A program made the translations under genes and the position numbers. The notes below the pieces were generated by a model. The model ran no database searches. It saw nothing but the letters and a program-made list of their open reading frames with translations, and was not told the origin of the DNA. A stretch of 64,000 nucleotides of DNA from Setoptus koraiensis (Eukaryota; Animalia; Arthropoda). The number at the start of each line of letters is the position of its first letter. The first letter of the stretch is position 1. The DNA is taken from contig CM106585.1 in NCBI GenBank assembly GCA_048013815.1, forward strand, positions 7,316,001 to 7,380,000, in the 5' to 3' direction. Shown one piece after another: positions 42,088 to 53,282 of this stretch.

Positions 42088-43354
42088 GGTTGTTCTAGCG
42101 ATTAGGTCCCCAATCGGATCTTGATGAAACTTCGGTTGTTCCATCGAACAGTGACCCACCCCGATTTGGGTATTTTGGGTATTTTTGGGTAGGGTATCGT
42201 ACCCTGATACCCGAACGGGTATTCCGGAAGTGCGGAAATTCTTCGTTCCCGAGATACCCGAGGTACCGCATTGTGGGTATTTCAAGGTATTTGAGGGTTT
42301 AGTGAGGGTATTATTGGCCATACCTACCCGCACGAACATCCGGTAGGGTATTCGCTCCTCCATACCGAAGGCAGATCATACTTAGAGGCCACAGGAATAG
42401 AATAAAAGCGGTAAAACTAAAGAGGCGTAACGAATGAGCGCGGCGCGGATCGAATCTGCGCCCGCAGTTATTCAGACCACCCACCGAGTCCTAGCGCGTG
42501 CACTATCGTTGAAAAAAGAATGAAGGGATTCATACCCACTTTTTATTACTAATTTACTTCGCTACTCAACCTTCCATCTATACTGGCCCTCTTTCGATCT
42601 TTACCGACTCGGCCTTCGGCCTCGCAAGCTTGCCTCGCTTCGGGTTGAGGGCTTCGCCCTCAACCCTCGCTCGAACCGACAACCCCGGCCTTCGGCCGAG
42701 TAATTGTCACACACCCGAACACCAGAAATAATGAAAATGCGTGCCCGTCGTACGATGTTCGATAAGACTACAATCACGTAGACCGGAAGTGGTTCATAGA
42801 ATTGAAGTTTATGATCTGGGGGGCTGGATGCTCTATGAAGCTAAATTCAACTGAACTACTAAGACATCGTTGAGATCTATACAATCATGCGAAAATTTTT
42901 GGTCTGAGGCCCTTCTGAGGCCCAAAAAATGCATTTTTCCATATATCCGGAAGTAAGAATTTCCGCACCTCCGGACCACTTTATTTGTTCTTTGGGGCCC
43001 CGGAGGGGCCCCTGTGTTAGGTTTGAAGAAAATCGGAGTGGGTCACTGTTCGATGGAACACCCGAAACTTCCGGTCCATCTAGACATAATTAAGACGGAA
43101 AAAGTGGTCCGGAAGCCAGGAAACTTCCGGTTCCGGTTTCACACAAAGTTGTAGCTAGAGCTCTGAAACTTCCAGGATGACGCTCTAGAAGACGCTCAAA
43201 ACGATGACGTAGTTTTCAGCTCTGTCCGACTTCCGGTTTCTTAGATGAAGCGATATTTTAACAATTAGAAGACCGGAAGTTGCGAAATTCATGCTTCGCA
43301 GCGCTCAAGGATGAGTCTGCGATTGTTCCGAGAACTCGGCCTGCGGCCTCGTAT
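42088..43354 (-). mobile_element. Partial inverted copy of MITE family A (A0), interrupted by element B1
   Basis: Starts GGTTGTTCTAGCGATTAGGTCCCCAATCGGATCTTGATGAAACTTC, the reverse complement of the A1/A2 right end. 43072-43354 aligns with the reverse complement of A1 ~45245-45540. Confidence 0.85.
42134..43063. mobile_element. Non-autonomous TIR element, family B (B1), 930 bp, 8-bp TSD GAAACTTC
   Basis: TIRs GGTTGTTCCATCGAACAGTGACCCAC / GTGGGTCACTGTTCGATGGAACACCC. GAAACTTC lies at both 42126-42133 and 43064-43071. A homologous copy is at 53542-54487. Confidence 0.9.
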
Positions 43355-43967
43355 CGCAACTGTAATGAATGACCTCAAAAATGTTTGCGCCTTCTTAAAT
43401 GCCTTCAAGAATCCCGCTATCTTAGACACTTCTAAAGATCAATATTTGGTGAGAAAGATGAATGAGAGATTGGATGTTCGTAACAGGCTCATGGAAGATA
43501 TAGAGAGCAAGAAGTACAAGTTTGTTGGTCGGCAAGACTATAAATCAGTTGACAACTTTTCATCGTTGACCAGAGAGGACATAATTGATATCACTCTCGG
43601 TTGTTATCAATTAAATAATGCAGGCCATTATCTTCAAGATATTCTAGATAGGGACAGTGTCAATCTTCTCAAGATTTGTAATGTGAATAGAAGAGAGTCG
43701 GTGTTGAGAATGAAATTCTTTTCTTCCATGTCAAAAGCAAAATATCACTATGCATACGTCCACTTCACCCGTGAGTCTCAAGGAGCTGAGGCAATCTTAG
43801 GTTATTATTGTGACTGTCAGTCCGGAGCAAGAACGGTTGGCACTTGCAGCATCATCAAAAAGGATAGGTGGGAACATGTTCAGAAATCGACGACTTTACA
43901 CGACATAATTCATCCTAAAGGACCTCTTCCATATGAAGGCTCGAAAATCAAATGTGTTTTAGATTAA
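43311..43967 (+). pseudogene. C-terminal fragment of a DDE_Tnp_4-type (Harbinger/ISL2EU-like) transposase with a truncated SWIM-type zinc finger
   Basis: NVCAFLNAFKNP, FSSLTREDIIDITLGCYQLNNAGHY and LGYYCDCQSGARTVGTC match the recalled pattern of these transposases (..ELTxGxYQxKQAxSY..YCxCKSGARTVGCCAH). The catalytic core and final His are missing. Homology spans about 43355-43850. Confidence 0.7.
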
Positions 43968-44270
43968 TTTTTTAGCGCTTAATTTTAATTAAGCGCTAAT
44001 GATGTAGTGATGTTGGATCCTAAATGGAGGAGGCAATCCACACACAAGCCTACAATTTTGAGTCACGCCCCCTCCTTAGCACACAGTAAGCTACAGCTTG
44101 ATTGAGACTCAAGCCACTCCACCTCCCTAACACACAGTAAGCTAAACACTAATTTGAGACTTAAGTCATTCCACCCTTTTAGCACACAAAAATGAACAAC
44201 GAATATTATAATCCAAGAATTCCCAGACAAGTTGTGGATTGATTTGCTATCATTTAACCGACCCTTGAAT

Positions 44271-44593
44271 ATGAGTGAAATCAGTGTCATGTCGAAGACA
44301 ATTCAATTTGCAAACGATGTACGTTTATACATCTGTCATAGATGCAAAAGAGGGTTTGCTAGGTATGACAACTTGCTGAGACATAGGAAAACTCATTCAG
44401 GTAATGGAAATTCTCATTTTTATAAATTCGAAGAATTTATTATGTATAATTTAATTCAGTAAAATTTCTTTCCATTGTAGAAAACCAGAGAAAATTTCCA
44501 TGTCCAACTTGCAAATCGATTTTCAATAGGAAGGACAATTTGACTATACACATTAAAATGTATTCATGTGGTACCAGAAATTTGATGAGATAA
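44271..44593 (+). CDS. Small two-finger C2H2 zinc-finger protein; exons 44271-44400 and 44481-44593
   Basis: YICHRCKRGFARYDNLLRHRKTH, an 80-nt GT..TTGTAG intron, then in-frame ENQRKFPCPTCKSIFNRKDNLTIHIKMYSC and a stop. The start codon is uncertain. Confidence 0.7.
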
Positions 44594-44709
44594 TCGGAAT
44601 GGAATTCTAAACTTAGGAGAAGAGTTGGCTGAAAGTATGATGGTGGGGACGAAGACTAACATTCAGTAAAGATGGACATGCACAGATGTAAAGATAGATA
44701 TGAAAATTC

Positions 44710-45578
44710 GGGTGTTCTTGCGATTGAGTCCCCACTCAGATTTCGATGAAACTTCACACATGGGCCCCGTAGGGGCCCAATATCATGGAATGAGTAGACC
44801 GGAAGCCAGGAAACTTCCGGTTCCGGAGTTACCAAAAGATTGAGATAGAGCTTTGAAAATTCATAATCGGATAGATGACGCCTAGCGGAGCACGATGAAA
44901 TCAAAATTAATCTTCTGCCACTTCCGGTTACCTAGATATAGCTGTTTAACGCAAAAAAGGGTGTGGCCGGGCCCTGTGCGGTCGCGATGAGCGGACCCAT
45001 CCTGTGCCTCGTGCGCGCAACACCCTGTATCCATGTCTGTTTCGGTCATTTTAACCCTGAATATCAACGAATTAGTTGGTTCGTTCACTCTTCCCGCCTG
45101 CAGCTGTGTTTGGATTGCAGTCATGTGAGCGGAGGGTGGAGGGCGCAGCCCGATACCCGAAGCGCTCATCAACCCTACCCGAAGGGTTCCCGTCGCACGC
45201 AGTCGTCGCGGGTGCGACGACGGAGATGTGACGGCCTCCAGAATACGAGGCCGCAGGCCGAGTTCTCAGACACACCGCATGTGCATCCCCGAGCGCAGCG
45301 AAGCAATAATTTGGTCACCTCCGGTCTTCTAACCCTAGTAATATCTCTTTATCTCGAAAACCGGAAGTCGCACAGAGCTGAAAATTATGTCATCGTGTTC
45401 ATCGTAGCTTGAAACGTCTCTGTAGTGAATTTCAGAGCTCTAGCTTTAACTTTATGTAAAACCGGAACCGGAAGTTTCCTGGCTTCCGGACCACTTTTTT
45501 CGTCTTAGTTAGGTCAGAATAGACCTATACCGGAAGTTTCATCAAGATCCGGTTGGGGACCTAATCGCTAGAACAACC
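44710..45578. mobile_element. MITE family A copy A1 (869 bp)
   Basis: Near-identical to 50820-51688. About 48-bp imperfect TIRs GGGTGTTCTTGCGATT..CCCCA / TGGGGACCTAATCGCTAGAACAACC. No intact TSD. Confidence 0.92.
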
Positions 45579-45644
45579 AAATTTAGAGACTCGGATCTCC
45601 ATAGAGATAACATGTGTAAAGTTTAGATACTTCAACACGGGAAT

Positions 45645-46823
45645 TTAGATATAGATGGTTTTGATTTTCCTCCAGTCAATATTCTTGCAGGCATTGAGTC
45701 CTGGTATCTGTTCACTAGTTTTGACAACAGCGGTTCGTAGTAGATACGCTCTCTCTAATAGTAGAAAAGTAGAGTTCCAGCGGACTTCTATATCTTGAAC
45801 TAACTGATAGGGTTTTGTAGGATTGAATCCGAGCTCATCCGCGGTTTTGGTTGTATTGTTCGCTTTTATTAGCTCCAGTTGGACGTGCTCGAACTTCTCT
45901 TTGCGCTTGGTCGAACTAGTTATTGCATCGACGAAAGATTTGACCAACGAGACCTCACTTTTAACCTCCTTCAACGCTGATTTCACGGCTAAATTGATGA
46001 CGTGTGCTGCACAACGCATGTGGACGAAATCGAATTTGTTATTGGATCCGAGAGTAAGAACGTGTCCCTTCAATTGGTCTATAGCGGAAATGTTGTTGGA
46101 GGCGTTATCTGTTGTGATTGCAGCAATCTTTGGTGCAATTTCAAAGTTGGTTAGCAGTCCCTGTAGATATGATCGCAGATCTTGCGTCTCGTGAGGATAT
46201 GGCAGATGCTTGAAGTCCAAAACAAATTGTTTGCAGACGAAATTCGGATCGATGTAATGAGCAGTGACACCTGCATAGCCGCGAGAGTTTTTTCTAGCAG
46301 ACCAGATGTCGAATGTTAATGAGATAGAAATAGCTTCCGCCTTCAATTTGTCCTTAACTAGAAGCTCCAGTTTGGGAGTAGAGTCAAGTATGATGTTTGA
46401 CAAGGTCCTTCGCTCAATAATTGATGCATCTGGATTAAGCGCTTTGCAAAAAGATTTGAAATTGGGATCGTCAACCATCAAATACTCGTGTTGCCCTCCA
46501 ATTATAAATTTAACCAAACGATCAGTCACAACATCGTTGCTGAACGTGAATTTGGTTTCTTTCGATAGCTGTGAACCTCTGTGTTTTTTTACATGTTTTC
46601 TAAGGGTAACATGGCTTGACTTTAATGAATATTCCATGCCGCATTCTGGGAATGAACATTTTCGTTTTTGACCAGTAGTTATGAAGTGCAATCCAACCCA
46701 TGTTTTCATAGACTGTGAATTATCGTTCTGCTGAGCTACATTAGTATCCTGACTTGTTATATCTTGAACTGACTCCTGAGTGTTCTGGCTACCACCGTCA
46801 TCAGAAGACGAGACTGTGTCCAT
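45645..46823 (-). pseudogene. 3'-truncated hAT-family transposase with BED zinc finger
   Basis: BED finger (WVGLHF..CSFPEC..LRKHVKKH), first catalytic Asp (SLTFDIWS), HMRCAAHVINLAVK and QDIEVRWNSTFLLLERA. It stops before the catalytic Glu and dimerisation domain. Confidence 0.9.
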
Positions 46824-46833
46824 AGTTGTTGAT

Positions 46834-47362
46834 ATATGGCGATTGCTATGGAAAGTATCCTCTCGAGAAATGATTATAACTTGAGTAATATGTGGTCTAA
46901 TAAATCTAATTATATATGAATCTATTCCTTATTGACCAATGATTGATATAAAAATAACTTTGGTTGACTAATGAATCTAATTAACAAATGCGAATGTTGT
47001 AACTTTGTAGGATTTGGCTGAATTTCCTATGGCAATTTCTATGGAAAGTATCCTCTCGGGAAATGATTATAACTTGAGTAATATGTGGTCTAATAAATCT
47101 AATTATATATGAATCTGTTCCTTATTGACCAGGGATTGATATAAAAATAACTTTGGTTGACTAATGAATCTAATTAACAAATGCGAATGTTGTAACTTTG
47201 TAGGATTTGGCTGAATTTCCTATGGCAATTTCTATGGAAAGTATCCTCTCGGGAAATAATTATAACTTGAGTAATATGTGGTCTAATAAATCTAATTATA
47301 TATGAATCTGTTCCTTATTGACCAATGATTGATGTAATAATAACTTTGGTTGACTAATGGAT
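46834..47362. repeat. 193-bp tandem repeat, ~2.7 copies, just 5' of the hAT transposase start
   Basis: CTATGGAAAGTATCC recurs at 46846, 47039 and 47232 with near-identical units. Confidence 0.93.
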
Positions 47363-47496
47363 ACTAATACAAACATATAAACAAATTACTCGGTAATCGT
47401 AACCTTGATTTCATTAAGTGCAATCAAAGTAACGATTACGTTCGCGCGCGCGCGCGTGCGCGCGCCCGCGCGCGTGATTCAATTGCCGATCAGTGC

Positions 47497-47792
47497 ACTG
47501 AGTTAAGCTCAGCTCAGCTCAGCTCAGCTCAGCTCACGAGCTGAGCTGATTCTTTTTCAGCTCAGCTCACGGGCTGAGCTGATTCTTTTTCAGCTCAGCT
47601 CACGGGCTGAGCTGATTCGCTTCCAGCTCAGCTCACGAGCTGAGCTGATTCTTTTTCAGCTCAGCTCACAGGCTGAGCTGACTCACTTTTCAGCTCAGCT
47701 CACGAGCTGAGCTGATTCTTTTTCAGCTCAGCTCACAGGCTGAGCTGACTCACTTTTCAGCTCAGCTGAAATGAGCTCAGCTCAGCTCAGCT
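47497..47792. repeat. Subterminal array of ~7 palindromic 33-34-bp units (CAGCTCAGCTCAC-RRGCTGAGCTG-ATTCTTTTT)
   Basis: Units read directly next to the hAT terminus. Confidence 0.9.
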
Positions 47793-47957
47793 GCCAACCC
47801 TAGCTAGTAGTCATGTAACTAAGAGATCACAGTACAATGGAAGCTACTCAAGTTGGCAAGTAATACGCAGCACAATCACACATTGAAATAGCACACAACA
47901 CACGTTGTGCGCCATTGCGTCTTGGTCTATGTATTGAAATTATTTATTGTGGCAAAA

Positions 47958-48638
47958 CTAACCGATGAAAGTGCACCAATTTTTGCATGCAGGCAGCAGA
48001 CATGTACATCTAGCGCTCGAAATACTGATTTGATCAGTATTACTTGTCAAGCACTGTTTCACTCTGGAGGTCAAATTTGCCTGAGTCGCTCTAATGGTCA
48101 ATTGATCTCGGTATATGTTTTTGTGATGGTGGCTGCCATGGCATTGGCAGTTGTATGCTTGTTTCGACAGTATGCAGGCAGACGCCAATAACTGGCCATA
48201 ATGATGACGTGACCAGTTGTCGACGTGTGCTTCGTAGCAGAGGGAATCGGAAATCATGGCAAACATATCCAGTTGTTTCTCATACTTTTTAGTTTTGTCT
48301 ATAGCCGGGCATCCCACGTTGGGGTAGTTGTCCACGTAGCGCAGTTTGTTTTGGGGTACCACCGGCAAAATTTCCTCTGATGAGTCGCATGGGCAGGTAA
48401 TGTTGATTTTGGCAAGTGCGCATGATAGTGTCACTGCATATTGGCCCTCGTTTTTCATCCATGTGTCATAGTCCTTGGAATGGATCCAGAGGTTGCAGGC
48501 CTCCTCGTTTATACGTTTTTGTAGTTGTGCGATCTGCAGAGTAGCTTGTTCGGCTGAGCTTTGTAGCCTTAGTTCATGTCGATAGGACTCGGCACACATT
48601 GTAGCGAATAGGAGAAACGGAACATGTCCCAGGGTCAT
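47958..48638 (-). CDS. Putative secreted cysteine-rich protein (226 aa) with an internal duplicated module; family unknown
   Basis: Uninterrupted ORF with a hydrophobic N-terminus (VPFLLFATMCA) and a predicted coiled-coil segment. Two copies of W-x12-C-x-L-x-K-x4-C-x-C. Confidence 0.55.
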   Translation of the reverse strand: MTLGHVPFLLFATMCAESYRHELRLQSSAEQATLQIAQLQKRINEEACNLWIHSKDYDTWMKNEGQYAVTLSCALAKINITCPCDSSEEILPVVPQNKLRYVDNYPNVGCPAIDKTKKYEKQLDMFAMISDSLCYEAHVDNWSRHHYGQLLASACILSKQAYNCQCHGSHHHKNIYRDQLTIRATQANLTSRVKQCLTSNTDQISISSARCTCLLPACKNWCTFIG

Positions 48639-48679
48639 TAATGGGATTTGTGCTGGAGCACGAGGGCGTTCCGATCAAA

Positions 48680-48795
48680 CTCATCAAATTTTTGGTACCA
48701 CATCAATACATTTTAATGTTTTTAGTCAAATTGTCCTTCCTATTGAAATTCGATTTGCAAGATGGACATGGAAATTTTCTCTGGTTTTCTACAAT
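48680..48795 (-). pseudogene. Decayed copy of exon 2 of the 44271-44593 zinc-finger gene
   Basis: Reverse complement reads TTGTAG|AAAACCAGAGAAAATTTCCATGTCCATCTTGCAAATCG..., highly similar to 44475-44590. It has lost the His and gained a stop. Confidence 0.88.
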
Positions 48796-50257
48796 AGTAG
48801 CTATTGGGATAGGTTTGGGTGCTACGATTATTCACGTGAGTAGAACAAATCAGTGCTTCTTCTAACTAGAAAAAAATAGCACGGTGTAAGCTGTATTATG
48901 AGAAATTAACTAGATAAATTTAGAACACTCAAAGCTTACAATGTTGATTAGTTAAATTTGGCACACAGTATGCTATGCGCGAGAAACACTAACTAGACGC
49001 GATTAGCACGCTCAATGCTGAGTTGCTAGTTAAATGAATTTAGCACAGCAGAAGGCTAGCTGTATACAATTCGGATCTAGTGCACTGGAAGCTGGAGGCG
49101 TCAGAACTAGAAGATTGTAGTACAGTAGAAGCTATTCAGAATAAATACTGCTTCCCAGCGCTGTTAATGCTGTTGTAGTTAAAACTAGACGAGTGTAGCA
49201 CGCTCATGGGGCATCAGAACTAGAAGATTGTAGAACAGTCGAAGCTATTCAGAATGACTGCTGCTTCTCAGCAGTGTTGATGCTAATGTAGATAAAACTA
49301 GACAAGAGTAACACGCTCAATGCTGCGATGCTAACTAGATGAATTCGGCACAGAGGAAGCCAAGCGGCGTACAATTCGGACTTGGCGCACGGGAAGCTAG
49401 GAGCGTTGTAACTAGAAGATTACAGCACAGTAGAAACTACTCGATATGACTAGTAAGTCCTTCTAGTATTTATGATACGCTTAGTAGTGCTGGGCGTGAG
49501 TAGCACAGTGACGGTTAGACTGGGTGACAGAAGTTGCAACTGAATATGAATGATTACCACACAAAGAAGGTTGCGTGTGATCTAAACATTAGATGAATAT
49601 TATATCTCAGGATGAGATGTTTACCAGATGAATTGAGCGTAGCAGGAGAATGGATGCAAACAATCGTTATCATAAACACAGGAAGATGATTTGAAGATAA
49701 CTAGGATATTTAATAATTGGACATAGTGCAATAGTATGGACAGAGCCCAACGAGGAAAATAATTTGATGACGATGGGTAGGAAAGACAGAGCGAAGAATG
49801 GAAAGAGAAACAGGAACAATTTCAAATGGATGAGATGTTCTGTGCAAATTTTTACGAAAGTCTTACGGTGAGAACATGTTCAGAAAGTACAATATTCACA
49901 TGGACTGAGACATCCGGATATTTCCAATGCTGCGAAAACAAGCAAGTGCACATCGATGTCACTTGCACAGATTACAATCAGCATTGTATTGGTGCTCTGT
50001 GCAAATTTTTACAAACTTCTTACGGTGAGAACTTTTGCAGAAATTAAGCTCTTCGCCAAACGATAGACAATGATTGCACACAGCGTAACATCTCTTCCGT
50101 CATAGAAACATTCCATCACATACTCGCTTCTCTATTCCAACGTTACTAACCAAACAAGTAATACTGATCAAATCAGTATTTCGAGCGCTTAATTTTTCGT
50201 GTGGACAAGTATTGTTGAAGGATTCAAAGGAGTTTATGACAACCTGTTAACCACCGA

Positions 50258-50447
50258 ACTTCAAAATGTGACCATCGAACACTGACCACCGAACATCGAA
50301 CGAGCAGATGGAACTGTCATCAGAAATTCGAATTTTCAATTTCGAATTTCGAAGTTCGAATTTTCAATTTCGAATTTCGAAGTTCGAAATGTGACCATCG
50401 AACTTTGAATTGTAACCACCGAATTCCGAATTGTGACCATCGAACTC
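50258..50447 (+). repeat. TCGAA-rich minisatellite (~21-bp units, GTGACCATCGAAC core)
   Basis: Recurrent ACCATCGAAC and TTCGAA motifs; an inverted copy lies at 52325-52870. Confidence 0.8.
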
Positions 50448-50819
50448 TGTTCCCATAGGGTTAACATTGTTAACGTTCAGATACCTTGAATGGTTGAGCA
50501 GTTTCTGCTGTGCTGTAATCTCTTAGCTACAACGCATCTAGCTTCCCGTGCACTAAATCAGAATTGTAGACAGCTAGCCTTCTGCTGTGCTGAATTCATC
50601 TATTTTACATCTCAGTATTGAGCGTGCTACACTCGTCTAGTTTCAGCCACATCAGCATTGACAGTGCTGAGAAGCAGTAGTTATTCGGAATAGTATCTAC
50701 TGTTCTACAATCTTCTAGTTCTGACGCCTCCAGCTTCCAGTGCACTAGATCCGGATTGTATACAGCTAGCCTTCTGCTGTGCTAAATTCATCTAGTGAGC
50801 ATCTCAGCATTGAGCGTGC

Positions 50820-51688
50820 GGGTGTTCTTGCGATTAGGTCCCCACTCAGATTTCGATGAAACTTCACACATGGGTCCCGTAGGGGCCCCACATCATGGAA
50901 TGAGTAGACCGGAAGCCAGGAAACTTCCGGTTCCGGAGTTACCTAAAGATTGAGATAGAGCTTTGAAAATTCATAATCGGATAGATGACACCTAGCGGAG
51001 CACGATGAAATCAAAATTAATCTTCTGCCATTTCCGGTTACCTAGATATAGCTGTTTAACGCAAAAAAGGGTGTGGCCGGGCCCTGTGCGGTCGCGATGA
51101 GCGGACCCATCCTGTGCCTCGTGCGCGCAACACCCTGTATCCATGTCTGTTTCGGTCATATTAACCCTGAATATCAACGAATTAGTTGGTTCGTTCACTC
51201 TTCCCGCCTGCAGCTGTGTTTGGATTGCAGTCATGTGAGCGGAGGGTAGAGGGCGCAGCCCGATACCCGAAGCGCTCATCAACCCTACCCGAAGGGTTCC
51301 CGTCGCACGCAGTCGTCGCGGGAGCGACGACGGAGATGTGACGGCCTCCAGAATACGAGGCCGCAGGCCGAGTTCTCAGACACACCGCATGTGCATCCCT
51401 GAGCGCAGCGAAGCGATAATTTGGTCACTTCCGGTCTTCTAACCCTAGTAATATCTCTATATCTCGAAAACCGGAAGTCGCACAGAGCTGAAAATTATGT
51501 CATCGTGTTCAGCGTAGCTTGAAACGTCTCTGTAGTGAATTTCAGAGCTCTAGCTTTAACTTTATGTAAAACCGGAACCGGAAGTTTCCTGGCTTCCGGA
51601 CCACTTTTTTCGTCTTAGTTAGGTCAGAATAGACCTTTACCGGAAGTTTCATCAAGATCCGGTTGGGGACCTAATCGCTAGAAAAACC
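50820..51688. mobile_element. MITE family A copy A2 (869 bp), 8-bp TSD GAGCGTGC
   Basis: TSD at 50812-50819 and 51689-51696. The opposite foldback arm (48990-49022) preserves the empty site with a single GAGCGTGC. Confidence 0.95.
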
Positions 51689-51910
51689 GAGCGTGCTAAT
51701 CGCGTCTAGTTAGTTTCCGCGCGCATAGCATTCTGTGTGCTAAATTTAACTAATCAACATTGTAAGCTTTGAGTGTTCTAAATTTATCTAGTTTATTTCT
51801 CACAGTACAGCTTTCACCGTGCTATTTTTTCCTAGTTGAAAAAAGCACTGATTTATTCTACCCACGTGAATAAGCGCTCTTATACTGGTATAATCAGTAT
51901 AACTCGTTTC

Positions 51911-52027
51911 GGGCCTTATAGGGTGACCGAGAAACGACCAAATAACATTTATAAACTAACCTTGGTCGACAAATCGACGAGAAAGAAGGCGAACGTGGTC
52001 GCCCATTTCGATCGAATGAAGCCCTAT
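51911..52027 (+). pseudogene. Fragment of an LTR-retrotransposon (Gypsy-type) integrase C-terminal region
   Basis: GPYRVTEKRPNNIYKL...VAHFDRMKPY matches the GPY/F..Y.L..V.H..RLKPY motif. No other pol domains lie nearby. Confidence 0.65.
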
Positions 52028-52324
52028 AACGCCGCGGAGGCCGGGGCGAACGAACAGACGGCACACGTTAATGCTCTTAGAAGCCTAATGGCCTCATTAA
52101 TTAGCGCTTAATTTTAATTAAGTAGCTACTGGGGTAGTGATGATGGATACGTTTATTCACGTGACTATGTAATCCTATGGAGGTTTGACTTAGTCAAATT
52201 TGTGAGAATCCTGCTAGACATTACACATGTGTCCTATGTAGATTCGACTTGGTCTATTATCGCTTCACTCGAAAATATTTCGTATGCAATCATATGGAGA
52301 TTTGACTAGGTCACATTTGTGCGG

Positions 52325-53020
52325 AGTTCGGTGGTGACAAATCGAACTTCAAAATTGAAAATTCGAATTTCTAATAAGAATTTCATCTGCTCGTTCGATG
52401 TTCGATGGTCAGAGTTCGATGTTCGATGGTCACAAGTCGAACTTCGATATTCGAAATTGATGCACAATAACTAAGTTTGCGCCATTGACTAATTGGTGTG
52501 TCGAATTAAATTACTCATTGTGGCGAAACTGACCATTAGAATCTTACCAAATTCCGTACGCATGCAATCAACATGTGAATCATGCTGCGAAAGAAATTTG
52601 GAGTTCCAGGTGCTTGTACAGAGTTCGATGGTCACAATTCGAAGTTCGCTGGTAACAATTCGGAGTTCGCTGGTAACAATTCGAAGTTCGATGGTCACAT
52701 GACAGTTTCATCTGCTCGTTTGATGTTCGGTGGTCAGTGTTCGATGGTCACAGTTCAAAGTTCGGTGGTAACAATTTGAAGTTCGAAGATTGAAAATTCG
52801 AATTTCCGAAACCAGTTCCAGGTGCTCGTACAGAGTTCGATGGTCGCATTTCGAACTTCGAAATTCAAAATTGATGCACTATAGCAAAGTGTGCGATATT
52901 AACTCATTGGTGTGTCTAACTTAATTACTCATTGCGGCGAAACTGACTATTAGAATCTTACCAAATCCCACACGCAAGCAATCGACATGTGTATCATGCT
53001 GCGATGGAAATTTGGAGAAC
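52325..53020 (-). repeat. TCGAA-rich minisatellite blocks interleaved with a ~150-bp segment duplicated at ~415-bp spacing
   Basis: GTTCGATGGTCAC units. AATTGATGCAC..CTTACCAAAT..AATTTGGAG occurs at about 52455 and 52870. Confidence 0.8.
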
Positions 53021-53282
53021 TTGTATTTATTCTGTCATCTTTTCGGCTACTCTGATCGACAGGCATAGATGATTATCTCCGACATGTTGTCACATACTCG
53101 CATCAATATTCCAACGATACTCGTCTATCCAAAAAATTAAGCGCTCGAGGTACTGATAGAATCCGTATCACTTGTTACATGGAGCTTCTGCCGAGATCCC
53201 TAGTACATTGGCTGATGCATGCATTAAATCAGCGAAATGTACTAGCGGTTATGACACCACAAGTTAAGTCACCTAAGATGAC

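Larger units (their letters stand above)
45645..47802 (-). mobile_element. Left half of a hAT DNA transposon
   Basis: Minus-strand terminus TAGGGTTGGCAG at 47802 is a typical hAT TIR start. It is followed by a subterminal CAGCT array, tandem repeats and the transposase. The right end was not found. Confidence 0.7.
48796..51878. mobile_element. Foldback-like element C1 with long modular inverted arms (48796-49442 and 50496-51878, the latter interrupted by MITE A2)
   Basis: 48828-49013 is the reverse complement of 51689-51873. 49070-49442 aligns inverted with 50496-50819. The arms are built of internally repeated modules. Confidence 0.8.

Noticed and set aside
41896-45412. ORFs 41896-42363, 44882-45172 and 44963-45412 (and twins at 50992-51385, 53437-54294)
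   Set aside because: They are incidental frames across non-coding MITE sequence, and differ or break between copies.
47497-47792. CRISPR-like array of palindromic repeats
   Set aside because: The spacers are only 9-10 bp and repeat each other, there are no cas genes, the context is eukaryotic, and the array is the subterminal region of a hAT.
40864-47802. Single hAT bounded by TAGGGCTG (40864) and TAGGGTTG (47802, minus)
   Set aside because: The match is only ~7 of 8 bases, and the flanks ACGGAGAG and GCTAGTAG are not a TSD.
49838-50045. Possible Penelope-like N-terminal fragment (LCKFLRKSYGENMFRKY) with a ~157-bp-spaced direct repeat
   Set aside because: The resemblance is short, from memory and interrupted by a stop; it cannot be supported without a search.
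42087-51689. Alternative reading of the MITE ends as CGG...CCG with a 6-bp TSD
   Set aside because: It needs host bases outside the TSD to match the element ends at both confirmed sites. An 8-bp TSD with a G-N6-C preference is simpler, though not proven.
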